Positions 54,071 through 64,000 of a stretch of 64,000 nt of DNA are shown one piece after another. Positions within the stretch are counted from its first letter, which is position 1. Each line of letters begins with the position of its first letter. Below the pieces are notes generated by a model, which was not told where the DNA came from, made no database searches, and worked only from the letters and a program-made list of their open reading frames with translations. Both the position numbers and the translations under genes were made by a program. Source of the stretch: an uncultured Gemmatimonadaceae bacterium (GTDB lineage Bacteria > Gemmatimonadota > Gemmatimonadetes > Gemmatimonadales > Gemmatimonadaceae); the NCBI GenBank assembly GCA_963751275.1, contig CAVVTZ010000009.1, positions 512,001-576,000 of the forward strand. The letters are read 5' to 3'.

Positions 54071-57000
54071 ATGAAGTGGCGAGTTCTGTCAGTACTCGCA
54101 GTCCTCGCGTTGATGCCGCTCGCGGCATCGGCGCAACAGCAGGAAGGCTTGATCACCGGGAAAGTGACCAGCGACGCCGGGGCCCCAGTGGCCGGCGCGC
54201 AGGTCTACATCGAGAAGATGAATCTCGGGACGCAGACCAAAGATGACGGCACGTACCGGATCGTGATCCCCGCCGGCCGCGCCAACGGCCAGCAGGCGTC
54301 GCTCAGCGTGAAGCTCATCGGCTTCAAGCCGAAGTCCATCCTGGTGTCGCTCAAGCCCACCACGCAGACCATGGACTTCGTGCTCGGCGCGCAGGCCGTG
54401 GTGCTGCAGCAGGTCGTGATCACCGGAGAAGGGATCATGACCACGAACGAGAAGCTCGGTGAGACCGTGAACACCGTGCACTCGGACGCGATCACGGGAT
54501 CGAATGAGTCGAACCTGACCAACGCACTGTCGGCGAAGGCGCCGAACGTGCAGGTGCAGTCGTCCTCGGGCGACCCGGGTTCCTCGACGTCGATCCAGAT
54601 CCGCGGCCTGAAGACGTTCTCGGGCGACGGCCAGCCGCTGTTCGTCGTGGACGGCGTGCCGCTGGACAATTCGTCGGTCGGCACCGACCAGTACGCCGTG
54701 GGCAACCAGGGGCAGGGTGTCGTCACCTCGAACCGCATTGCCGACGTCAATCCGAATGACATCGAGAGTGTGACGATCCTGAAGGGCGCCGCCGCGGCCG
54801 CGATCTACGGCGCGCGCGCGTCGCAGGGCGTCGTGCTGATCACCACCAAGAGCGGCAAGTCGGGACAGACGCGCTACTCGTTCACGAGTTCGCTGTCGCT
54901 GAACGACGTCACGCAGGGCTACCCGCTGCAGACGACGTACGGACTCGGCGCCAATGGCATTGCGGCCACCTGCGACGCGACCTCCCTCCCGGGCAGCACG
55001 GACGGGGGCAGCGACTGTCTCGTGAGCACCGCGCGTTCGTGGGGCCCGGCCTTCGCGTCGGGCACCACCACCTACGACCACTTCGGCGGAATGTTCACCA
55101 CGGGGACGCTGTGGGACAACATCCTGTCAATGTCGGGGGGCGATGACCGCCGGAGCTTCTACTTCTCGGCGGGCTACTCCGCCAACGCGGGCAATGTCAC
55201 CGGCAACCAGAACGACTACAATCGCGCGACGTTCAAGCTGAAGGGTTCGCAGATGGTCACGGACCAGATGCAGATCTCGGCGAACTTCAACTACGTGAAC
55301 GTCACCGGCAATTTCATCCAGCGCGGCGACAACGTGGACGGCATCATGCTCGGCTCGCTGCGCACGCCCGCGAACTTCAACAACTTCGTCTATCTGGACA
55401 GCGCGTCCGGCCTGCAGCGGTCGTACCGTTATCCGAACCCGAGCGCATTCTCGACGACCACCAGCCGCGGATTCGACAACCCGATCTGGGTGGCGAACTC
55501 GATGCCGGCGACGCAGGACCTGAACCGGTTCTACGGCAACTTCATGTTCAACTGGACGCCGCAGGACTACCTGACCGTCCAGTGGACCCCGGGCGTCGAC
55601 TATTACGCCGACCAGCGCCTGGAAGCGTTCCCGCAGACGTCCTCGGGCTTCCCAACGGGGCAGATCTTCCGCACCGACATGAACAGCTTCATCGTGTCGA
55701 GCCTGCTCACGGTGATCGGGTCGCACACGTTCAACCCGAATTTCTCGGGCACGTTGACCCTCGGCAACGAGCTCAACAGCCAGCAGTTCAACCAGAACTT
55801 CGTGCAGGGCTTCACGCTCATCACGCCGCAGCCCTACACGATCTCCAACACGGTCAGCTGGTTCCCGAACGACGATGAGACGCTGGTGCACCGCCAGTCG
55901 TACTTCGCCCAGGCGACCGCGGACCTGTTCGACCAGCTCTACCTGACGCTGGCGATCCGCAACGACGGCTTCTCGACCTTCGCCCAGAACGATCCGCGGG
56001 CGTGGTACCCGAAGGCCAGCGCCGCGTGGACGTTCACCAAGACCACGGGCGCCACCAACTGGCTCCAATACGGGAAGATCCGCGCGGCGTACGGCGAGAC
56101 GGGGAAGGAGCCGCAGGCGTACTCGACGCTCAACAACTATCAGGTCAACAAGATCTACGAGTACGGCGGCGTCGGGTTCCTGAACAGCGTGTATGAAGGG
56201 ATCCCCGGCCTCACGTCGTCGACCCGCGTCGGCAACGATGCGCTGCAGCCGGAGCGCTCCAAGGAGTGGGAAACGGGCTTCGACCTGGGCTTCTTCAATG
56301 GCATGTCGGACCTGAGCTTCTCGTACTACAACAGCAACACCACGCAGGTGATCTTCCAGGTGCCGCTGCCGCCCTCGAGCGGTTACCAGAGCCAGGTGCA
56401 GAACGGCGCCACGATCTCGAACAAGGGTTACGAGGTCCAGCTGAACTTCAACTCACAGGCGCAGGCGAAGCTGCAGTGGTCGCTCGGTCTGCTCTGGGCC
56501 CAGAACCGGAACAACGTCGAGGCCATCAACGGCGCATCCATCGTCTTCCTGCCGAATTCGATCGTGAATGCGGTGGCGAAGGTCGGTTCGCCGGTGGGTT
56601 CGATCTACGGATATGACTTCTACCGCTGCGGCAAAGGCGAGACCGTTGCCGGCGTCGACATCGACACCACGCCGACGACTGGCGGCGGCTGCGGCTCGGG
56701 CTACGCCAAGAACGCCATGTACATCGGCGCCGACGGCTTCCCGATCATCAACACCGATTCCAATATCGTGCTGGGCAGCGCGCAGCCGAACTGGACGGGC
56801 GCGATCCGCGGCTCGATCACGCCGTACAAGAACCTCCAGTTCTCCTTTCTGTTCGACATTCGCAACGGGAGCCAGGCCTACAACGGCACCCGCGGCGCGC
56901 TGTACGTGTACGGCACGCACAAGGACACCGAGGTCCGCGGCCAGCACCTGGTCTTCGGCACCTCGATCGATCCGGGCGCCGTGGCCGGACCGGGCGCGGG

Positions 57001-57329
57001 GTCGGCCGTGCTCATCGAATGCGAACTGGTTCCAGGGCGACGGCGGGTCGTTCGGCAACAACACCGCCAGCTTCGTGGAAGACGCCGGATTCACCAAGCT
57101 CCGTGAGATCGCCCTCGCGTACACGTGGGACGGACGCTGGGTGACGCACAATCTCGGCCTGAGCAGCCTCCAGCTGCGCGTGGCCGGCCGCAATCTCTAC
57201 ACCTGGACCAAGTACACCGGCATCGACCCCGAATTCAATCTCGAGGGCGTGGCGCTGGTGCAGGGGGTGGACTGGTTCAGCAATCCGCAGACGCGCTCCT
57301 TCGTCATGTCCATCACTCTCAACCGCTAA
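54071..57329 (+). CDS. SusC/RagA family TonB-dependent receptor (frameshift near 57020)
   Basis: GGAGG SD, own signal peptide MKWRVLSV; NPNDIESVTILKGAAAAAIYGARA; PQTRSF. Confidence 0.9.
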
Positions 57330-57344
57330 CCAGAGGTGAGCACA

Positions 57345-58799
57345 ATGAAGAAGCAACTCAAGCTCGCACTGGCGGCGGCGACTTCGGTGCTGCTGCTGGC
57401 AGGCTGCACGGACTTCCTCAAGGGTCCCGGCCTGAGCACCAACCCCAACGTGCCGACGACCGCTTCGGCCGACCAGCTGTGGGTCGGATCGCAGGTGGCC
57501 GTGATGGCGCAGTGGGAGAATTACCCGTTCATGCTGTTCTTCCTGTGGGCGCAGCAGATCTCCGGCGTGAACCGGCAGTGGCAGAACTACGCCCGCTTCC
57601 AGGCCGGGACCGATCAGAACGCCGCCGACGGCGCCTTCAACCAGACGTACGGCCCCGGCGGGCTCGTGGATCTGCGGCAGGTGGATACAATGGCCACGCA
57701 TGCCGGCAATATGAAGATGCGTGGTGAATCGGAAGTGCTCGAAGCGCTGTACATCGGAACGGCCGCCGATATCTTCGGCTCCGTCCCGTACAGCACCGCG
57801 CTCACTCCCGTGCCGACGTACGACACGCAGGCGGACGTGTATGATGAGGTGCAGACGACGCTGAACAACGCGATCAACGACCTCAACAGCGCGCCGTCAT
57901 CGACGAACGCCGGTCCGGTGGCCGACTTCTTCTTCGGGAACGACTACACGAAGTGGATCGCGGCCGCGAACACGCTCAAGGCGCGGTTCTTCATGCACAC
58001 CGCGCGCACGGGCGCCACGACGTACAGCGCCACGATCCTCGACTCCGTGATCAAGTACACGCAGATCGGGATCTCGAGCTCGGCCGGTGATCTGTCCACG
58101 ACCCACACGGGCACGCCGGGGGAGCAGAATCTGTTCTACAGCTTCCTCTTCAGCCGCGCGGGCGACGTGGAACCGGCCGCGATGCACATCAATCTGTCCA
58201 AGCAGGCGGGCGAGGCGGCGATGCTCACCCAGTATTACCTGCCGAACTCGATCGACAGCATCGTCGGTTCCGGCCCGGATGCTTCATCGCCGGGCGTTTC
58301 CGCGTTCGCTACGCAGCCCACGACGCCGGTGCCGATCGTGACCTACGTCGAGAACCAGATGCTGCTGGCGGAAGCCAACCTCATCAACGGGACCTCCGTT
58401 GGCGGGACGCCGCTGGCGATCCTGAACGCGTATCGCGCGACGGTGGGTGCGGCGGCGCTCGGTTCCTCGGGCGCGGTGCTCCACCAGAATATCATCCGCG
58501 AGAAGTACATCCACATCTTCTTCAATATCGAAGTGTGGGATGACTATCTCCGGACCTGCTATCCGAACGTTCCGATGACGGCTCAAATGCAGTCGCCCGG
58601 CGGAAGCGCGGGGCCGTACGTGCCCGCGCGGCTGCCGATCGGCATCACGGAACAGTCGGCGAACCCGAACGTCCCGGCGACCATCCCGGGCGGCCAGCCA
58701 ATGAACGGCAACGACGCCGCGAACCCGACCAATCCAAAGAATCTGGTGGATCTGGTAGGGGCCGCGTGCGCCGGACAAGTGAATCGGCCGGGGACTTGA
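57345..58799 (+). CDS. SusD/RagB family lipoprotein
   Basis: LLAGC lipobox; TNPN; FGSVPYS; ENQMLLAEA; EVWDDY. Confidence 0.88.
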   Translation: MKKQLKLALAAATSVLLLAGCTDFLKGPGLSTNPNVPTTASADQLWVGSQVAVMAQWENYPFMLFFLWAQQISGVNRQWQNYARFQAGTDQNAADGAFNQTYGPGGLVDLRQVDTMATHAGNMKMRGESEVLEALYIGTAADIFGSVPYSTALTPVPTYDTQADVYDEVQTTLNNAINDLNSAPSSTNAGPVADFFFGNDYTKWIAAANTLKARFFMHTARTGATTYSATILDSVIKYTQIGISSSAGDLSTTHTGTPGEQNLFYSFLFSRAGDVEPAAMHINLSKQAGEAAMLTQYYLPNSIDSIVGSGPDASSPGVSAFATQPTTPVPIVTYVENQMLLAEANLINGTSVGGTPLAILNAYRATVGAAALGSSGAVLHQNIIREKYIHIFFNIEVWDDYLRTCYPNVPMTAQMQSPGGSAGPYVPARLPIGITEQSANPNVPATIPGGQPMNGNDAANPTNPKNLVDLVGAACAGQVNRPGT

Positions 58800-58822
58800 T
58801 ACTCCCGACGGTTGCCTGACGT

Positions 58823-58860
58823 GAAGAAGCCCGGGTCAATGTCGACCCGGGCTTCTTCAT
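58823..58860 (+). terminator. Intrinsic terminator
   Basis: gaagaagcccgggtc/gacccgggcttcttc. Confidence 0.75.
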
Positions 58861-58889
58861 TTCCGCAACGCCAGGTCCGTACTTGGTGC

Positions 58890-59642
58890 CCCGAACGCCG
58901 TGAGTCACGAGGCGTACGTCGAACTGACTGTGCGGCGTGACTCGCAACCCGAACACCGTGAGTCGAGACCCGAGAGCCGTGACTCGTACCCCCAACGCCG
59001 CGAGTCACTCGTCAGCCCTCGGCGTGGGCGGGAGCGGGGGCTTCCCGGGACTTGCGGAGCATCACGCGCAGGATGCGCGAGATCGCCGAGTGGAGGCCAA
59101 TGCGCGAGTTCGCGACGGAGGGACTCAGTTGGTCGCGTGCGCGGTAGTACCACTCGCGGGACTCGCGCGCCGAACCGAGCGCATACTCGTAGAAGCGGGC
59201 GCGGTCGCGGCGGCCGAGTCGGCTGTATCCTTCGGCGATGTTCACGCCGCTCGATGCCGTGGCGCGTTTGAGTTGGTCCGCGACCTGCGCGGACTGGGGA
59301 TGCGCAATCAGTCGCTCCGCGTCCCGTGCCCCGAGCTCCGCGGCGTAGAGCGCGGCACGGTAAACGCGCATCCCCCAGATCGCATCACCACGGATCGCGA
59401 CTGGCACCAATGCTTCCCACATCTCGTATTTCACCGCTCGCCTCCGTACACGCAGGGGGCGGAACGATCGTGACGGACTGCCTACTCGCCATCACCGATT
59501 CGTTTCAACCGGAATCCCCCCGCCGCACTCACGGCGTTGGGGGTTCGAGTCACGGCTCTCGGGTGTCGACTCACGGTGTTCGGGTTGCGAGTCACGCCGT
59601 ACAGTCAGTTCGACGTACGCCTCATGACTCACGGCCTTCGGG
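58890..59642. mobile_element. Four-helix-bundle gene cassette 1 bounded by 116-bp inverted repeats
   Basis: 58890-59005 vs 59527-59642: 110/116 identical by manual comparison; mobility is inferred. Confidence 0.6.
59012..59434 (-). CDS. Four helix bundle protein (23S-IVS protein / bAvd-like fold)
   Basis: DQLKRATASSGVNIAEGYSR..DRARFYEYALGSARE. Confidence 0.88.
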   Translation of the reverse strand: MKYEMWEALVPVAIRGDAIWGMRVYRAALYAAELGARDAERLIAHPQSAQVADQLKRATASSGVNIAEGYSRLGRRDRARFYEYALGSARESREWYYRARDQLSPSVANSRIGLHSAISRILRVMLRKSREAPAPAHAEG

Positions 59643-59643
59643 T

Positions 59644-60529
59644 CTAGTCCGGGATAGCGGTTCCCGGGAGAACGTACGTCAACGGGTCCACCGCGCGGCC
59701 GTTCACGTGGATCTCGTAATGCGAGATGCGGCCCCGTCGAGAGCCCCGTGTTGCCGATGTTCGCGATCACCTGGCCGCGCTTCACCTTCTGGCCGACCCG
59801 CACGACGATGCGCGAGCAGTGCGCGTACTTCGTGGTGATCCCGAAGCCGTGGTCGATCTCGAGCACGTTGCCGTAGCCCGTTTCCTTGCGCACGGCCGTG
59901 ACGACGCCGCCGGCGGGGGCGACGATCGGCGCGCCCATGGGCGCGCTCACGTCGATCCCCTCGTGCGGGCGCGCAATGTGCAGAATGGGATGGAAGCGCG
60001 AACGGCTGAACGTGCTCGAGAGCCAGCCGGCGGTGGGCATGATGCTCGGGATCGACTGGAATTTCGCGGCACCGGCGCGCAGCGTATCGGAGACCTCGGC
60101 GAAGCTCGCCGAGAGTGTTTTGGCGCGCGCGATCATGCCGTCGATGTCGGGCTCATCGCTGGCGAGTCCCAGCGCGGTGAGATCCCGCCTCGTGGAATCG
60201 TGGCGCGCGGCGTAGGTGTCATCCGAGGACAGCCCCGCGAGCAGGCGGATCTCCGTGTCGCGGCGGTCGATCTCCTCGAGCGTGGTGCTCAGCGTGTCGA
60301 TCTGCGCGCGGAGGGTGCCGACGGCCACGCGAAGGCTCGCGTCGTCCTGGCCGCGCAGGTAGCGCGAAATGGAATACGCCCCGATCCCGAGCCCGACCAG
60401 CGCCAGGACCGCCAGCGTTCCCACGCCATACATGGCCCAACGCGCGCCCCGCTCCGAGACATGGAGCTGGCGCGGCGAATCGGCCCCATGGGGGACGAGG
60501 AGGAGGGTCCAGCGGAGGGGAGAGGGCAA
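59644..60529 (-). CDS. M23 family peptidase with TM and coiled coil (frameshift near 59720)
   Basis: HEGIDV, GYGN, TKYAH, GNTGLSTGPH; alternate frame ends VDPLTYVLPGTAIPD*. Confidence 0.85.
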
Positions 60530-60536
60530 AGGACTT

Positions 60537-60662
60537 GGGAGTCGGGAGTCGGGAATCGAGGGTCTAAACCTACCCCTTTAAGACTCCCGGCGGGAGAGTG
60601 CCGTCACGGCCCTAATTGGGGTCCGAAGGCGCAGTTCCCGATTCCCGACTCCCGATTCCCGA
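60537..60662. repeat. Inverted (GGGARTC)n heptamer repeat pair
   Basis: gggagtcgggagtcgggaatcg ... ttcccgattcccgactcccgattcccga. Confidence 0.75.
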
Positions 60663-60671
60663 ACTTTACGC

Positions 60672-61340
60672 CTACTGGTAAAGCGCGGGAAACTCTTTCT
60701 TCAGCGCCTCGACCTTGGGTATGTCGTTGTAGACGATGTACGGCTGGTCCGGGTGCTTATCCAGGTAGCCCTGATGGTAGTCCTCGGCCGCGTAGAACTT
60801 CTTGAGCTGGGAGACTTCCGTCACGATCGGCGCCGGGTAGACCTTCGCGGCAGTGAGCTGCGCGATGTACGCCTTCGCGAGCTTTGCCTGCTCGGCGTTC
60901 GTGTAGAAGATGGCCGAGCGGTACTGCGTGCCGTGGTCGGGGCCCTGGTAGTTGAGCTCGGTGGGGTTATGCGCGACCGAGAAGAAGACCTTGAGCAGTT
61001 CGCCGTAGGTGATCTTGCTCGGATCGTAGATGACCTGCACCGATTCGGCGTGGCCGGTGGTGCCGGTGCTCACGAGTTCGTAGCCCGGGTCGCTCACTGT
61101 GCCGCCGGCGTAGCCGGAGGTGGAGGAGATGACGCCCTTCACATGCTCGAACACGGCCTGAACGCCCCAGAAGCAGCCGCCGGCGAACACGGCGGTGTCG
61201 CGCGCGGGGGCGGAGGCGAGGGCCGCATTCTGCTCGGGATCGGGCACAGGAACCGTCGCGCCAGCGTTGCCGCAGGCGATGGCGAGAGCAAGGGGGAGCA
61301 TCGCGATCATCATCGCGAGGTGGGGAATCGTGCCGCGCAT
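60672..61340 (-). CDS. msrA: Peptide methionine sulfoxide reductase A, exported
   Basis: FAGGCFWG, GYAGG, GHAE, QYRSAIF, AEDYHQ; N-terminal signal. Confidence 0.92.
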   Translation of the reverse strand: MRGTIPHLAMMIAMLPLALAIACGNAGATVPVPDPEQNAALASAPARDTAVFAGGCFWGVQAVFEHVKGVISSTSGYAGGTVSDPGYELVSTGTTGHAESVQVIYDPSKITYGELLKVFFSVAHNPTELNYQGPDHGTQYRSAIFYTNAEQAKLAKAYIAQLTAAKVYPAPIVTEVSQLKKFYAAEDYHQGYLDKHPDQPYIVYNDIPKVEALKKEFPALYQ

Positions 61341-61417
61341 GGTAGGTCTCCTTCGGTGGTGTGTTCAAGTTCATTGAACCAATACTTCGTGATCATGCGA
61401 GTTCCGTGACTGCGAAC

Positions 61418-62101
61418 CCCGAACTCCGTACTTGGTCACCCGAACTCCGCCATTGGCAACTGAGGCATGGTCACGGCTCAGGCGGTGCTAGCAAGGGGCG
61501 GGCGCGTGGGGGAATGCGATGTCGCGTGAAATGGGACGGTGATGAGAGGGGGTCGGCGATACGTGATCATCATTCATCGTCGGCCGGAGGAATCAGTGAG
61601 CTACGAAGCGTGGGAAATGTCGGTGCCCGAACACATCAAGACCGATCCGTTGTGGGGACTTCGCGTTTATCGTGCTGCCATGTACGCCGCCGAGGTCGGG
61701 CGGCGCGACTCGGCGTGGCTGGCGAGAAAACAGGGATTCGAGGAACTGGCGCAACAACTGAGACGATCGACGTCATCGATCCCCGCGAACATGGCGGAGG
61801 GCTACAGCCGCAATGGTAAGCGCGATCGGAATCGCTTCTACGAATACGCCCTGGGCTCCGCGCGCGAATCGCGCACTTGGTACTATCAAGCGCGTGATGT
61901 GCTCGGCCCCAACGCCACGCACTCCCGCATCGCCCTGCACACCACCATCGCCCGCATTCTCGCAGTCCTTGTTCGCCGAGACCGCGAGGCAGCCGTGCCC
62001 ATCACCGAACCCGAACCATAACGATTCCCATATCCGCACAAGCCGTGACTACGCCTCAGTTGCCAATGGCGGAGTTAGGGTGACCAAGTACGGCGTTCGG
62101 G
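61418..62101. mobile_element. Four-helix-bundle gene cassette 2 bounded by 61-bp inverted repeats
   Basis: 61418-61478 vs 62041-62101: 57/61 identical; lies between msrB and msrA; mobility is inferred. Confidence 0.6.
61596..62021 (+). CDS. Four helix bundle protein, paralog of 59012..59434
   Basis: GGAGG SD then GTG; QLRRSTSSIPANMAEGYSR..RFYEYALGSARESR. Confidence 0.88.
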   Translation: MSYEAWEMSVPEHIKTDPLWGLRVYRAAMYAAEVGRRDSAWLARKQGFEELAQQLRRSTSSIPANMAEGYSRNGKRDRNRFYEYALGSARESRTWYYQARDVLGPNATHSRIALHTTIARILAVLVRRDREAAVPITEPEP

Positions 62102-62102
62102 T

Positions 62103-62705
62103 CTAGGAAGTCTTCACGAACTTGAGAGCGACCGAATTGATGCAGTATCGAAGCCCCGTGGGTTTCGGCCCGTCTTCGAATACATGCCCTTGATGCGCAT
62201 CGCACCGCTTGCATTTGATCTCCGCCTTCGCGCCGTAGCCGGTGTACGGCGTCTCGAGCACGTTGTCCTGCGCGATCGGCTGCCAGAAGCTCGGCCAGCC
62301 GGTGCCGGAGTCGAACTTGGCGGCCGAGCTGAACAGCGCGGTATCGCAACAGATGCACCGGTAGATCCCGGCGTCGTGGAATTCGTCGTACTGGCCGGTG
62401 AAGGCGCGCTCGGTGCCTTCCTGCCGCGTGATGTAGTACGATTCCGGCGACAGCTGCGCTTTCCATTCCGCGTCGGTCTTCATGATCTTCGGCACCTTCT
62501 TCGCGCCGAGGTTCTTGCCGGCGGCGGAGAATTCGACGATGAGCACGTCGGTCATGGCAGTCATTGCGTCGAGGGGCGGGAGGTTCGTCTTGCGGCGGAA
62601 GGCGGCGAGCATCGCGGTGGCGGCGGCGACGCCGCCGGCCGCGAGGAACGCGCGCCGCGAACTGGGCGCGAACATGAAGTCGCTCCCCGGATCGGTCTTG
62701 GTCAT
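62103..62705 (-). CDS. msrB: Peptide methionine sulfoxide reductase B with Tat signal
   Basis: SRRAFL; GTERAF, Cxx[22 protein letters not shown]. Confidence 0.92.
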   Translation of the reverse strand: MTKTDPGSDFMFAPSSRRAFLAAGGVAAATAMLAAFRRKTNLPPLDAMTAMTDVLIVEFSAAGKNLGAKKVPKIMKTDAEWKAQLSPESYYITRQEGTERAFTGQYDEFHDAGIYRCICCDTALFSSAAKFDSGTGWPSFWQPIAQDNVLETPYTGYGAKAEIKCKRCDAHQGHVFEDGPKPTGLRYCINSVALKFVKTS

Positions 62706-62803
62706 GGTTGCGTTGGGTTGTGGTGCCGGTACGCCATATGAACCTGTACGCGCCGAATTGGTTCCCGGATTGACATTAAGCGAACTTCCTCCGAAATCAT
62801 ACC

Positions 62804-64000
62804 ATGCAGATTAGAATCGGAACCATCGCCGTAGCGCTGTGGCTGGCCGCGGGCACGAGTCCGTCCCTCGCACAGACCCCGCCGGCAACAGTCGCCAGTC
62901 GACAGTCGACGTCTGCCGTTGTCGTTCTCGCATTCGACGGCTTCGCCCGCCGTTACCTGGACCAGGACTCCGCGCCCACCTTCCACATGCTGGCGCGCGA
63001 GGGGGTGCTGGCCGACGCGATGATCCCCAGCTTCCCGACTCTCACCTTCCCGAATTTCTACACACTCGCCACGGGATTGTACCCCGCGCATACGGGGATC
63101 GTGAACAACCGATTTTGGGACCCGTCGTTCAACGCGATGTTCATCTACACGGGGGCGATGGCCAAGGAGGCGCGATGGTGGGGCGGGGAACCGATCTGGG
63201 CCACCGCGCAGAAGCAGGGGCTGCGCAGCGCGTCGATGTTCTGGGTGGGGAGCGAGGCGCCGATCGAGGGGATCCAGCCGACGATCTTCATTCCCTTCGA
63301 CAAGCGGATCCAGTTCGAGTCGCGCGTGGTGCAGATGCTCAGCTGGCTGTCGCTGCCGGATTCCGTGCGGCCGAACCTGATCATGGGGTACTTCGAGGAG
63401 CCCGACCATACGGGGCACGACTTCGGCCCCGACGCGCCGGAGACGGCAGCGCAGGTGCTGCGCGCGGACAGCATGCTCGCGATGTTCGTGAACGGGCTGC
63501 GCGCGCGCGGGCTGTACGACAAGGTGAATCTCCTCGTGCTCGCCGACCACGGGATGGCCACGATCTCCAAGGATCGCGTGCTGTATCTGGACGACGCGGT
63601 CGATTCCGCGAGCGTGCGGGTGGTGGGAGAGACGAGCCCCGTGCTCACGATCAGCGCGCGCGATGGGAATGATTCTGCGCTCGTGCGGCAGCTTCGCACA
63701 CTGCCCCATCTCACCGTGTGGCCCAAGGACAGCATTCCCTCGCGGCTGCATTTCTGCTGCAACGCGCGCATCACTTCGGTGGTCGCGGTGACGGACGACG
63801 GCTGGAGCATCACGTGGCGGCACGCGAAGCCATCGAAGCAGCGGGGCGCGCACGGCTATGACAACGCGGACCCGAACATGCGGGCGCTGTTCATCGCGCA
63901 CGGGCCGGCGTTCAAGGCGGGCACGACTCTGCCGGCGTTCGAGAATGTGAATGTCTACTCGCTGATCGCGGATCTGCTCGGTGTGACGCCGGCGCCGAAT
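62804..64000 (+). CDS. Ectonucleotide pyrophosphatase/phosphodiesterase (alkaline phosphatase superfamily), runs off window
   Basis: [51 protein letters not shown]. Confidence 0.85.
   Translation, partial: MQIRIGTIAVALWLAAGTSPSLAQTPPATVASRQSTSAVVVLAFDGFARRYLDQDSAPTFHMLAREGVLADAMIPSFPTLTFPNFYTLATGLYPAHTGIVNNRFWDPSFNAMFIYTGAMAKEARWWGGEPIWATAQKQGLRSASMFWVGSEAPIEGIQPTIFIPFDKRIQFESRVVQMLSWLSLPDSVRPNLIMGYFEEPDHTGHDFGPDAPETAAQVLRADSMLAMFVNGLRARGLYDKVNLLVLADHGMATISKDRVLYLDDAVDSASVRVVGETSPVLTISARDGNDSALVRQLRTLPHLTVWPKDSIPSRLHFCCNARITSVVAVTDDGWSITWRHAKPSKQRGAHGYDNADPNMRALFIAHGPAFKAGTTLPAFENVNVYSLIADLLGVTPAPN

Noticed and set aside
53228..57106. M23 peptidase-SusC fusion (1292-aa ORF)
   Set aside because: The linker contains a consensus promoter, an SD and SusC's own signal peptide. 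The read-through is best explained by an indel that removed the M23 stop.
59012..62021. Diversity-generating retroelement based on the Avd-like genes
   Set aside because: No reverse transcriptase and no TR/VR pair with adenine-specific mismatches in the window; the arms are inverted and their mismatches are mixed
58890..62101. Integron attC cassettes (CCCGAAC/CCCTAAC resemble RYYYAAC)
   Set aside because: The arms enclose the gene rather than forming a compact site after it, gene orientation varies, and there is no integron integrase

Overview
High-GC chromosomal window. The gene content (SusC/SusD pairs, a sigma-70 lacking region 1.1, carboxypeptidase-regulatory/plug proteins, Kdo transferase) suggests a Gemmatimonadota-like diderm; this is inference. 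Many conserved or essential genes (rho, atpA, atpD, tldD/E, waaA) carry small frameshifts, most simply explained as long-read indel errors. The window holds two tandem TldD/TldE pairs, a housekeeping block (fieF-like, mutM, rlmI, thiE, aroH, mltG, ruvX, rho), six tRNAs, a sigma factor, mlaEFD, F1 ATP synthase atpAGDC, two SusC/SusD pairs, a TPM-NTase-LemA operon, M23 peptidases, exported MsrA/MsrB and an NPP phosphodiesterase. Two signals stand out. (1) Two paralogous four-helix-bundle (bAvd-like fold) genes are each boxed by long, near-perfect inverted repeats of 116 bp and 61 bp built from 7/21-bp modules. The same repeat family forms gene-free 58-bp tandem/inverted arrays at 28.1 and 49.5 kb, and the arms co-vary within each locus. 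This is a candidate transposase-free repeat/protein cassette system. (2) A 12-kb operon (two YjbH-like OM barrels, two TPR proteins, a GltF-like protein, TolQ, two ExbD, AgmX/PglI) resembles the myxobacterial Agl-Glt core machinery. Several other intergenic palindrome families are also present.
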